Shown here: in pieces, positions 9,569 through 18,399 of the stretch | Layout of the letters: each line of letters starts with the position of its first letter | Numbering within the stretch: position 1 is the stretch's first letter | Source: Candidatus Rifleibacteriota bacterium | GTDB taxonomy: Bacteria; Muiribacteriota; Ozemobacteria; Ozemobacterales; Ozemobacteraceae | NCBI GenBank assembly: GCA_018818125.1 | Contig: JAHISQ010000048.1 | Location: 10,134 to 74,133 of the forward strand | DNA: 64,000 bases | Direction of reading: 5' to 3' | Translations under genes and position numbers: made by a program | Notes under the pieces: generated by a model | The model's input: the letters and a program-made list of their open reading frames with translations, nothing else | Databases searched by the model: none | Told to the model about the DNA's origin: nothing

Positions 9569-10222
9569 TTAAAGTTCTTTCAATGCGGTTCTTTCCAGTA
9601 GATAAAAATCATCTCTGGAACTGCCCAGATGCTCGGCAAGAGCCGTAACGATCTTGGATACTGATGGCATGTCGGCAAGACCCTGTATGAATTCTACGGT
9701 TAGCAGCCAGTTGCCGTTTTGCTCGGTCAACTCAGCCTTTTGCACTGCTTTTCCGAGAACATAGCTTTTTTTCTGTCCTTTTCGCAGCACTTCAAAAGCA
9801 GAATTCGGGTCGAGCAGGTAACTGCGGGCTTGTCCGGCTGTTTCTTCTGACCTGAAATACAGCTTATATTGCACCCACTCACCTGCAGATCCCGATTTCT
9901 TATCGCTCCAGGGATGCTCGATCGAGATAACTTCCATGCCTTTCGGAAATTCGCGGTTTAGCGCGCCTTTAAGCCATTCTAAATCAGGTTCCTGATTGAG
10001 AGTGATTACGAAATATTCGCAGTAGCTTGCGTGCCCAATTGGCAATGGCGGCCCGAACGAAATTTTGGGTCTGACGTGGCACCCCTGGGTGACGGCATAG
10101 GAAAGCTGCAGTCTACGAAGGGTCTTGCAGATTACATCAATGGTGTCCAGATGAGCTACGTAGCGCGACTGAAGGGTTTTGCTGTAATTTATTCTGGTTT
10201 TACATTCAGCTGGCTGATTCAT
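9569..10222 (-). CDS. TIGR03936-family radical SAM-associated protein (DUF2344)
   Basis: Motifs RYVAHLD and RPKISFGPPLPIGHASYCEY; RBS GGAGG before ATG 10222; lies between the TIGR03960 gene and rng, a known synteny. Confidence 0.85.
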   Translation of the reverse strand: MNQPAECKTRINYSKTLQSRYVAHLDTIDVICKTLRRLQLSYAVTQGCHVRPKISFGPPLPIGHASYCEYFVITLNQEPDLEWLKGALNREFPKGMEVISIEHPWSDKKSGSAGEWVQYKLYFRSEETAGQARSYLLDPNSAFEVLRKGQKKSYVLGKAVQKAELTEQNGNWLLTVEFIQGLADMPSVSKIVTALAEHLGSSRDDFYLLERTALKEL

Positions 10223-11924
10223 TATTTGCCTCCTGGGCGGCTTCTGCTGCCAGCTGATATTCTTTTTCGAGATAGGCTCGTGGTGTCTGAAAGTCGATAA
10301 AATCCCACGGCAATGTTTCTGCGATCTGGCGTTCTCTGAGATATTGTGCAGAGTCAATTTTGGTTTCGGCGAAAGCCTGTTCCCATTTTTCTCGAGAAAA
10401 ATATTCGCCCCAGCCATCAAAGCGACAGCCAAGTTGCCAGGCCTTGAGTATAAGCTCACCGACCTTTTCGTCACCGCGTGAAAAAACTGATTCGAGCAGA
10501 CACAAAAATTCCTCGCGCCACGAAATCTTGCAGTTGGATCTTTCCAGGCCTCGGGTGACTATGAGGCGTTTTCGGCGTAATTCGGCCATATCGGCCTGAG
10601 CAGACCACTGAAAGGGTGTAAAGGGTTTTGGCACAAAGCCGGAAAGACTCAGCGAAATCTGCTTGCGTGGTCGGCAGGTGCGCCCAATAGCTTCAAGACG
10701 GTGAACCAGAGCAACAATACCTTCGATATCTTCATCAGTTTCAAAAGGCAGTCCCATCATAAAATAAAGTTTTACGGTTCGGTAGTCAGATCCGTTTGTG
10801 GCTTGCATAACGCTGATGATATCGTCTTCTGTGATGTTTTTGTTGATTACGTTGCGCAGTTTCTGAGTGCCGGCCTCCGGGGCGAAAGTCAGGCCGCCCT
10901 TCTGAATGTGCGGGGTTGAATCAAGCAGCTGCAACGTGCTCTCATTCATGCGCATAGATGGGATCGAAACCTTCTGTTCAGGGTATAGCTTTTGCTTGTC
11001 GATCGCGGTAATTAATTCATTTAACTGGCTATAATCAGATGTAGAAAGAGAAAGCAGGCCTAGTGCCTCTTCGCCTGTATTCTGCAGCAGTTGCTTTGCG
11101 TATTCAATCAGGCTTTCTACCGGGCGCTCACGTTTTGGTCGATAAAAATATCCGGAGATACAAAATCGACAGCCCTGCATGCATCCCCTGAATATTTCAA
11201 GTGGTGCTCGCTCATGAATGGCCTGAACATTTGCTAATATCGGCCGGATTGGTGGCGTGCTGCTTGCAAATCCTTTGAATACACGCCTTTTAACCGGCGC
11301 GGCAAACTCGGGCACCCACAAACCCTGAATTTGTGAAAGCTCGCTGCGCGTTGTTGAGCGGTCTGTCCCAGCCTTTTTTGCTTTTATAAGGGTTTCGCAG
11401 ATTTCTACGATCGCTTCTTCCCCATCGCCAATCAATATTGCGTCCATGAACATAGCCATCGGCAAAGGATTAGAGGCAGAAGGTCCACCGCCGATAACCA
11501 GCGGCCCAGAACTGCGGTCGCGCCATTTTAGCGCAATTTTACCAAGATCAAGAAGATTGAGGATATTGGTAAAAGTCATTTCGTAAGGGAATGTTATCAG
11601 TATTGCATCGAAATCATGCAGTGGTGTGCCGGTTTCGAGGGAATAGAGTGGCAGATCTTTTTTTCGTAACAGATCTTCAAAGTCAGGCCAGGGTGAGAAA
11701 GCCCGTTCAGCCATTATTTGTGGGTGACTGTTAAGCGTTTCGTAAAAAATTTTGATGGCAAGATTCGACATACCCAGCTCATAAAGATCTGGAAAAACCA
11801 GGCATACGCGCAGATCTGGACTGGCTTTAATCTCTGCCTGATTAACTTCGCCGCCAAGATACCGTGCCGGCTTTTCTATCTTGAGTAATTCCCAATGTGT
11901 GATTGATTCTGTGACATTTTTCAT
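10206..11924 (-). CDS. TIGR03960-family B12-binding radical SAM protein
   Basis: Motifs KPARYLGGEVN, FPDLYELGMSNL, CxxxCxxC (RGCMQGCRFC), LTFAPEAG, FVPKPFTPFQW, LPWDFI. Confidence 0.92.
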   Translation of the reverse strand: MKNVTESITHWELLKIEKPARYLGGEVNQAEIKASPDLRVCLVFPDLYELGMSNLAIKIFYETLNSHPQIMAERAFSPWPDFEDLLRKKDLPLYSLETGTPLHDFDAILITFPYEMTFTNILNLLDLGKIALKWRDRSSGPLVIGGGPSASNPLPMAMFMDAILIGDGEEAIVEICETLIKAKKAGTDRSTTRSELSQIQGLWVPEFAAPVKRRVFKGFASSTPPIRPILANVQAIHERAPLEIFRGCMQGCRFCISGYFYRPKRERPVESLIEYAKQLLQNTGEEALGLLSLSTSDYSQLNELITAIDKQKLYPEQKVSIPSMRMNESTLQLLDSTPHIQKGGLTFAPEAGTQKLRNVINKNITEDDIISVMQATNGSDYRTVKLYFMMGLPFETDEDIEGIVALVHRLEAIGRTCRPRKQISLSLSGFVPKPFTPFQWSAQADMAELRRKRLIVTRGLERSNCKISWREEFLCLLESVFSRGDEKVGELILKAWQLGCRFDGWGEYFSREKWEQAFAETKIDSAQYLRERQIAETLPWDFIDFQTPRAYLEKEYQLAAEAAQEANNESAS

Positions 11925-12181
11925 TGATGTTTCCGTGGGATGTTTTGTTTATTTATTGTGAATACCAGATCTAGATCGCGTCCGGCGAATTCAGTGTCTG
12001 ACTCTACCGCTGTGGCCGGAACGCCAAGAATGCCTGCTACATCTGATTCTATGTTGTTTAAAAGGCGCTCGACTTCGTCCTTGGTGACCTTAAGTCGGCT
12101 GCTCAAGATAGCTTGCCTCACCTTTTCGCCGGGGCTGAGGTTCTTTTTTCGTCTGGGTTCGCTGTTTTTTAGAAATCTCAA
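11921..12181 (-). CDS. Small hypothetical protein
   Basis: 86-aa ORF that exactly fills the gap in the operon, with a 4-nt overlap with the next gene. Confidence 0.55.
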   Translation of the reverse strand: MRFLKNSEPRRKKNLSPGEKVRQAILSSRLKVTKDEVERLLNNIESDVAGILGVPATAVESDTEFAGRDLDLVFTINKQNIPRKHQ

Positions 12182-12182
12182 A

Positions 12183-13157
12183 CTATTTGTCCAGAAGTCT
12201 ATCTTCTGCCTGTTTTGCTTTGCGTGCTGCGTAGGTGTTAGCTGGTTCTACTGACAGTGCTGCATTGTATGAGGCTAAGGCTGACGCAAACTCGCTCCGG
12301 CCAGAATAAATATCGCCAAGATTGATGTAGGCATCAACATTATTTGGCATAAGCTCAGTTGTGCGGCGATAATTGAGTATTGCCTGGTCAAGCAGGCCGC
12401 GCCGATGGTAAGCTATTCCGAGTTGATACTGAACACGTGGGTTCTTATCGTCAATTCTGGCTGCAGTTTCAAATTCTTTAAGTGATGCGTCGAGCTGACC
12501 CTCGACCAGATAGAGCTCACCTAGCGCAATCAACACTCTTACATCGCCTTTGTCACGCTGCTGGTATGCACGGAAATGTCTGATTGCATCTTTGGTCTCT
12601 CCACGGCGCTGCGCGATACGACCCAGTGCAAAGCGGCTTTTGAGATGAAAGGGTTCATAGTGTACGCATTTGCTGAGCAATTTTACGCCATCACTTTCGC
12701 GTCCCATATCGAAAAGAAAAATTGCGAGATTGTAGTAGGTCTCTGCGTAATTGGGTGCCAGCTCAAGAGCACGTCGCCATGCTGCCACGGCTTCATCGAC
12801 TCGACCCCGTTTGTAACAGGCCAGCCCAAGGTTGTGGTAGGCATCTACGAACAAAGGCTCCATGCGCAGGGCTTTTCTTAAATATTTCTCAGATGTGTCG
12901 AATTTTCCATACTGGCCGGCAAGCGTGCCATACATGTATTCATCTCTGACTTTTTCCGCTACTTCACGAGTGAATTTGCCGGTAACAGTCGTAGTTTTAG
13001 GCAGTAAATCTTCGACTGCTATGGTCTTGGTTGCTTCTGAGAGCTTAACAGACTGCTTCGACTCCCTCTGCGATCTTTTCTTGCAGCCGGTTTGTGTAAT
13101 TAAGATCGTCAGAGCCAGAAAGAGGCAGCATAATACTCGAAGTTTACGGTGATTCAA
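12183..13157 (-). CDS. TPR-repeat lipoprotein
   Basis: Lipobox-like TQTGC after a hydrophobic stretch; multiple TPRs (AYHNLGLACY, TYYNLAI, AYINLGDIY). TTG start inferred from GGAG. Confidence 0.85.
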   Translation of the reverse strand: MNHRKLRVLCCLFLALTILITQTGCKKRSQRESKQSVKLSEATKTIAVEDLLPKTTTVTGKFTREVAEKVRDEYMYGTLAGQYGKFDTSEKYLRKALRMEPLFVDAYHNLGLACYKRGRVDEAVAAWRRALELAPNYAETYYNLAIFLFDMGRESDGVKLLSKCVHYEPFHLKSRFALGRIAQRRGETKDAIRHFRAYQQRDKGDVRVLIALGELYLVEGQLDASLKEFETAARIDDKNPRVQYQLGIAYHRRGLLDQAILNYRRTTELMPNNVDAYINLGDIYSGRSEFASALASYNAALSVEPANTYAARKAKQAEDRLLDK

Positions 13158-13192
13158 TGATTTGCGCTCCTGCTTGTATATTCTTGTAAGCG

Positions 13193-14403
13193 CTATTCTA
13201 ACACAGCATCGGTTGCTTGCCAAGCTACACTGCTACCGGTTTTTTTTCGTTTAAAAGTCAATACGCGATGATTGCCGCTGTCTACCATGAAAATTCCGGT
13301 GCTGGTTAGCGCAATATCACTTGGCTGGCGAAATCTGGTGTTATCGACGCTCGCGTCCAGAGACAACAGGCGTATTCCATTTGGGGTGTAAAGACTAAGC
13401 TCATTTGTTTGGTCATCACATACAAAAACCAGTCCATCAGCATCTATTGCTACTCCGGTTGGTGATTTGAGATGATCTCTGATTTCGCCGATAAACGAAC
13501 CCAGTCGGTCGAAAATGGCAATTCTGCCCTTGCCGCGATCGGCGATATAAATCTCTCCGCCACTACTGCTGATGTCTATCTGTGTTGGATCCTTTAGTTG
13601 CTGCGCGCTCCAGCCAAAACCGCCAACTTCGAACAGTTTGTCGCCTGAAGGCGATATTTTAAGCACCCGGTCAGCACGACCCTCGACCACCCAGATATTG
13701 TTTTCGCTGTCAACTTTGATTCCACGCGGTCGGCTCAACCGGTTTCGGCGATCACCGTCTTTGGGAAAGAGGGTGCCGCGATAGCTGCGGTAAGAATCAA
13801 AGATGCAGATGCGTTCATTGTTGTGGTCAGCCACATAAAAGTTGGAAAACCCGCCCACTGCTACGTCATAAGGGTCGTCAAGGCTGTCTTCTCGCTCTCC
13901 GCTGAGGTTGCCAAAAGACAGGCCAAAACCGCCGTGCTGAGCTACGAATCTGCCATCTGCCGAAAGTCGCACAATGCGATCGTTGCCGGTATCGGCTACG
14001 AGAATTTCATTTTTTACCGGATCAATATCCAGACCTGTCGGGTTGTTGAACTGGCGTTCTCCGCTGCCACGTGAACCTGTCTGCTGATCAGCGATAATTT
14101 CGATGTTGAAGAGTTCAACTGACCCGGCGCGGTTGATTATTCGACCGGCTGGCAAAGGAAGGCGGTATGTGCCTTTTTCATCAGACGTGGCCCCCACAGC
14201 AGATCTCGCTGTTTTCGTCCAGGCACTGTCGAAATGATCGAAAGACAGCCGTCAAAAGGAATGTTTATGCGAAAATCAGCAGTGTCACTCGCTACGGTCA
14301 GCTTGACCCACAGATTTTTATGCAACTCTTCAGCTTCGGCCGAATATAGAACGACACAGCCGGAAAGAAATAATAACGTAACTAGAAAAGCTCGCTTAAT
14401 CAT
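13193..14403 (-). CDS. Exported NHL-repeat beta-propeller protein, split by a 1-nt frameshift near 14174-14178
   Basis: The signal-peptide ORF (14403..14137) overlaps the NHL ORF (14197..13193; FNNPTGLDID, VADTGNDRI, PRGIKVD). One extra A in ATGAAAAAGGC would join them. Confidence 0.7.
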
Positions 14404-14404
14404 G

Positions 14405-15247
14405 TCATTTGCCATTCCGGTTGCCAGGCTTGATGTTACCAAAAATTTCTTTGAGTTGCTTAAGCGCTTCGAGATTGCGAGGGCCTGGTCGAATCAATAA
14501 ATCCTGATTCATGGCGTATATCTGGTTGCTTTTAACTGCGCGCAGATTTTTCCAGCCGGGTCTGTTCTTGATCGAAACAAGTTCTGGCAAAGGGTATGCG
14601 ATAATTATTGCATCAGGATTGGCACTCAGGATCGCCTCTGTGTTGACCACGGGAAAATCTATCGTATCGTTAAATATGTTTTCCCCGCCTGCCGCCTGGA
14701 TCATATCGCCGATATAACTGTTGTGACCTGCTGCCTGCATCGGTGTATCCCATATTTCAAAATAAACTTTCGGTTTATTACTGTTTGGTTTCAGACTGAG
14801 AGACTCTGTTTTCTGTCTCCATTCAGTGGCGAATTCATGCCCTTTTGCTGGTTCGCCAATAATCTTTGTCAGTTCTTCAGCCATCTGCGGGAGCTGTTCA
14901 AGTCGGCTAATCGTAAAATTTATGTAATTCAGACCAAGTTGTGAAAACAGCATGGCATATTTTTTATGCATACTGTTTACATCTACCAGAAGAGTTGGGC
15001 GCAGTGACATTATGCGCTCAATATTGAGCTCCATCGCGCCAACCCTCGGTATATTGCGGGCCTCCTCCGGATAATTGCAGTAATCAGAGACGCCAACGAT
15101 CTGCTCACCGAGTCCCAAATGAAAAATCAGCTCTGTTTGAGAGGGCACCAGAGAAATAATTCTGTTTTTGCCGATAGCATCTGCCACACTGGTCAGCAGT
15201 AGTAAAAAAATCAGCAGGGTAAGAGTTGTAGAAGATAAATGTTTCAT
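14405..15247 (-). CDS. Cobalamin/Fe-siderophore ABC substrate-binding protein (BtuF-like)
   Basis: Motifs RIISLVPSQTELIFHLGLG, VGVSDYCNYPEEA, RPGW, RPGPR; signal peptide. Confidence 0.88.
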   Translation of the reverse strand: MKHLSSTTLTLLIFLLLLTSVADAIGKNRIISLVPSQTELIFHLGLGEQIVGVSDYCNYPEEARNIPRVGAMELNIERIMSLRPTLLVDVNSMHKKYAMLFSQLGLNYINFTISRLEQLPQMAEELTKIIGEPAKGHEFATEWRQKTESLSLKPNSNKPKVYFEIWDTPMQAAGHNSYIGDMIQAAGGENIFNDTIDFPVVNTEAILSANPDAIIIAYPLPELVSIKNRPGWKNLRAVKSNQIYAMNQDLLIRPGPRNLEALKQLKEIFGNIKPGNRNGK

Positions 15248-16281
15248 TAATTATTCCGTCTGGCTTGTTTTCGTTGTTTGAAAAATTCATTTCGAAACCG
15301 ATTGTGTTCGCTGAGAGAGCGAGCAAATTTGTGTCCTCGATTCCCGTCTGAGACAAAGTAAAGATAGTCTGTTTCGGCAGGATTTGCAACCGCCGCCATT
15401 GCCGAAGTTCCAAAATTCGCGATCGGGGTTGGTGGCAAACCTTGGTTTATGTATGTGTTGAAGGGCGAGTTTATTTTGAGATCGTCGAAAAGAACTCTGG
15501 CTTTGTGTCCGCCTAAAGCATAAAGAACTGTTGCGCAGGATTCTAGCTTGATATTGCGTTTGAGGCGGTTATAAAATACCGACGCTATGAGGGCACGGTC
15601 TGGTGTCAGAGCTGCTTCTTTCTCTATTATCGAGGCAAGTATACAGCCTTCGTATTGGCTCAGGCCGGCAGGAAGTGGCTCAATAAAAATACGGTCAATC
15701 TGATGTCTGGTTAGTCGTAGCATTCGTTCAGCCACTTTTGCTGCAGAGCTTGGTCGGTTAAAACTGTATGTGTCAGGGAATATCAGACCTTCGGGAGCGG
15801 GAATGAGCTGCCAGTCGGAAAAGACTTTTCCCAGTATTTGCGGGTCAGACACTGCCTCAGTGAACTCGAGTGCATTGCATATTCCGCTATCCTGAAGAAT
15901 GGCTGCTGCTCTGGCAATTGTGGTGCCCTCAGGCAATGTTACCTGGACCGTGGGCATGATGCCTCTGAGCAGTTTGAAGATCACCTCGTAAAGAGTTTCA
16001 CTGCCGTTGAATGTGTATACACCTGGTCTAAGACGCTGATCCACAGCAATAAACTTTACATAAATACGAAAAATCAGGGCGCTGCGAATAATTTTATGGG
16101 TTTTGAGCAGTGTGGCGATCTGTCTGGTGTTGCTGCCTGGTTCAATGAAGATTTCGCTGTGAATTCCTGCGGGAGCAGGTTTGGACATTTCGCGAAACCA
16201 GTCGAGAAAGCCAATAAACATTCCGATCGAACCGAAAACTAGCAGCAATGCGGTAAAGCGAAAAATTTTAGTAAAGTTCAC
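15247..16281 (-). CDS. mltG: Endolytic transglycosylase MltG
   Basis: N-terminal TM; motifs VTLPEG, EGLIFPDTY, LASIIEKE, VFYNRL, SPFNTY, GLPPTPIAN, YLYFV. Confidence 0.95.
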   Translation of the reverse strand: MNFTKIFRFTALLLVFGSIGMFIGFLDWFREMSKPAPAGIHSEIFIEPGSNTRQIATLLKTHKIIRSALIFRIYVKFIAVDQRLRPGVYTFNGSETLYEVIFKLLRGIMPTVQVTLPEGTTIARAAAILQDSGICNALEFTEAVSDPQILGKVFSDWQLIPAPEGLIFPDTYSFNRPSSAAKVAERMLRLTRHQIDRIFIEPLPAGLSQYEGCILASIIEKEAALTPDRALIASVFYNRLKRNIKLESCATVLYALGGHKARVLFDDLKINSPFNTYINQGLPPTPIANFGTSAMAAVANPAETDYLYFVSDGNRGHKFARSLSEHNRFRNEFFKQRKQARRNN

Positions 16282-16301
16282 GTCGCCTTTGGATATATAA
16301 C

Positions 16302-17201
16302 TTATTCAGGCTTTTTAACGAAGTTCAGAACAGTATTACGGCTATTGTCGAGAACGTAAATTTCTTCCGGGCTTTTGGCGATTACACCGGTCGGATAAAG
16401 AAATTGACCGGATTGATTGCCGAAATTGCCAACTTTTGAGATCAGTTTTCCGTCGGGAGAAATGATTACTACTGGTACTTCGCCAAGGTCTAGAACGTAG
16501 AGGTTGCCGTCTTTATCTATGTGCATTCCAGACGGACCTTTAATGTCTTCGTATTCGCCCTTTTCTTTGTATTCGGCAACAAAGGTGCCATCAATGGCCA
16601 GTTTAACTATGCGCTTACCACCAAAGTCGGTTATGAAAAAGTGATCCTTGTGCATCAGAATAGAAGTCGGAAAGAGCATCGCAGCTTTGCCGGAGCCGCC
16701 GAGAGTGTTGAGAAACTTACCGTTGGCATTATACTTATACACTTCTGATTGCTTTGACATAATTACATAGCTGTTGCCTTTGCGGTCAATGCAGACATCC
16801 ATTGGGAAGCGCATCTTTTCAATAATGCGAAGATTTGGTTCGCCCGCCGGGTCAAATCTGACAACTTTGTTGCCGCGCTGGTCGCAGACCAGGATGTCAT
16901 CGGTAAGCGGATTGACACCGATACCGGTAATGCTCTGAAGTTTGTAGCCTTCGCGACCAGGCTCACCTGCCGCCATAACCGAGTTCCCATCGGTAGTAAT
17001 TACTTGTACACGTGTATTGCCGGCATCGGCGATAACAAGGTTTCCTTTGCTGTCGAGGTCCATGTCTGTGGCGCTCAAAAATTCGGTTCGGTTTGAGCCT
17101 GATTTGCCAAATTCTTTATCAAACTGAAATTTGTCAGGTACACAGCCCGTGCTGAGGCCTGCAAAAATTATTATAGCAAAGGTGATTGTCTTTTTAAGCA
17201 T
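16302..17201 (-). CDS. NHL-repeat beta-propeller lipoprotein
   Basis: Lipobox LSTGC; NHL repeats (IADAGNTRVQV, GQFLYPTGV); start at ATG 17201 after AAGGA. Confidence 0.85.
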   Translation of the reverse strand: MLKKTITFAIIIFAGLSTGCVPDKFQFDKEFGKSGSNRTEFLSATDMDLDSKGNLVIADAGNTRVQVITTDGNSVMAAGEPGREGYKLQSITGIGVNPLTDDILVCDQRGNKVVRFDPAGEPNLRIIEKMRFPMDVCIDRKGNSYVIMSKQSEVYKYNANGKFLNTLGGSGKAAMLFPTSILMHKDHFFITDFGGKRIVKLAIDGTFVAEYKEKGEYEDIKGPSGMHIDKDGNLYVLDLGEVPVVIISPDGKLISKVGNFGNQSGQFLYPTGVIAKSPEEIYVLDNSRNTVLNFVKKPE

Positions 17202-17261
17202 GATGCTATTTTCCTTCAAGTCGTTTTCTTGTCTGAACATCATAAATCAAAAAAATATGAT

Positions 17262-17290
17262 TTGCAAAATATTTCTTTCAATTGTATAAT
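17262..17290 (+). promoter_or_regulatory. Near-consensus sigma-70 promoter of the pilin gene
   Basis: TTGCAA-N17-TATAAT, ending 9 nt before ATG 17300. Confidence 0.7.
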
Positions 17291-17299
17291 AAAGAAGAG

Positions 17300-17665
17300 A
17301 TGAATAAAAGAAAACAACAAAGTGGTTTTACCTTGGTGGAACTGATGATAGTTATCGCTATCATTGGCGTTCTGGCCGCGATTGCTATACCTAATTTTCG
17401 CCGTTCGCGCGAAATGGCGAGGCAGAACAAATGTTTTGAATTCTCGTCGCTTCTCAGCAGAACAGCAGAATTGTACAGTATCGAGCGAAAACAGTACCCT
17501 GCTGCAATCGAAGATCTTGCCCCGTTTTTAAGTGGTAATCGTATACCGCTCTGCCCAATTGATGGCAAGTATGAATGGGTAAAAGGCACTGAAGAGGGTC
17601 TGCCAAACGGCAAAAAAGTTTTCTGCTCACAGCACGGCTGCGCGACCGCTACCTGGGGCGCCTGA
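17300..17665 (+). CDS. Type IV pilin / pseudopilin (ComGC/PulG-like)
   Basis: Class III signal KQQSG|FTLVELMIVIAIIGVLAAIAIP with E5; C-terminal CP...Y...C..HG motif. Confidence 0.9.
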   Translation: MNKRKQQSGFTLVELMIVIAIIGVLAAIAIPNFRRSREMARQNKCFEFSSLLSRTAELYSIERKQYPAAIEDLAPFLSGNRIPLCPIDGKYEWVKGTEEGLPNGKKVFCSQHGCATATWGA

Positions 17666-17674
17666 CAAGCAAAT

Positions 17675-17718
17675 AAAAACCGGCGGTCTGTTACAGATGT
17701 AGCAGACCGCCGGGTTTT
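17675..17718. terminator. Bidirectional terminator between convergent genes
   Basis: AAAAA-CCGGCGGTCTGTTACA-GA-TGTAGCAGACCGCCGG-GTTTT. Confidence 0.8.
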
Positions 17719-17732
17719 CGGCGTTTTCTTTG

Positions 17733-18389
17733 TTATGATTTAGGGTCTGCCAGGTTTTCGAATCTGGTCAGGGCCTGTGAAATGTCGACATGCCCGTTGT
17801 TCCCAACCGGCTCACTGCCATTTATGAGAAAACGTACTTTTGCGCGTGGGTCAAGTTCTGTCAGCGAATTAACCAGCGAGTAAACGCCTAGGACCTGCTC
17901 TGCTGCGCCCATGTTGGCGATGTTTGCGAATTCTTTGCTTAAGTCCACGATAAATGTGCCTGAATTGAAGAATATTCCGCGTAAAGTCGTACCCTTGGGA
18001 ATAGGTTGATAGAGAGAGCTGCTCATTGGCCCTTCAAGAAGCGTTTCTACTATCTGGCGAGCCTGAGCTATAAGCATTGTGCGCTTACGGACTCTTCGCA
18101 ACTCATATGTTAAAAGGTCTTTTCCTCTCTGACCAAAATAAATTTTCAGAGAATGAGCCTCTTCCTGTGGTATGAATTCTTCGGCGGCGGGTGCATTGGT
18201 GCCGCTTTCGATCTGTTGTGCCTGACTGGCAAGTGCCAGCTGTTGATTAGTCTGTGCAGCAATTTCCGGCAGAATTTTCCGAACGAATAAAAAGTATCCT
18301 GAAACAATTAAGCCGACCACAATCAGACCCATCAATACAAATAGTATTTTCTCCTGGTTGTGTCGGGTAGGTTTTCTCGTGTTGCCCAT
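17733..18389 (-). CDS. GerMN domain membrane protein
   Basis: N-terminal TM; motifs LLEGP, IPKGTTL, VDLSKEF, YSLVNSLTEL, VRFLING. Confidence 0.88.
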   Translation of the reverse strand: MGNTRKPTRHNQEKILFVLMGLIVVGLIVSGYFLFVRKILPEIAAQTNQQLALASQAQQIESGTNAPAAEEFIPQEEAHSLKIYFGQRGKDLLTYELRRVRKRTMLIAQARQIVETLLEGPMSSSLYQPIPKGTTLRGIFFNSGTFIVDLSKEFANIANMGAAEQVLGVYSLVNSLTELDPRAKVRFLINGSEPVGNNGHVDISQALTRFENLADPKS

Positions 18390-18399
18390 TTGGTTCTCC

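Noticed and set aside
10223-10474. N-terminal extension of the TIGR03936 ORF, suggesting a frameshifted fusion with TIGR03960
   Set aside because: A strong GGAGG RBS before ATG 10222 and a normal short overlap indicate two ordinary genes.
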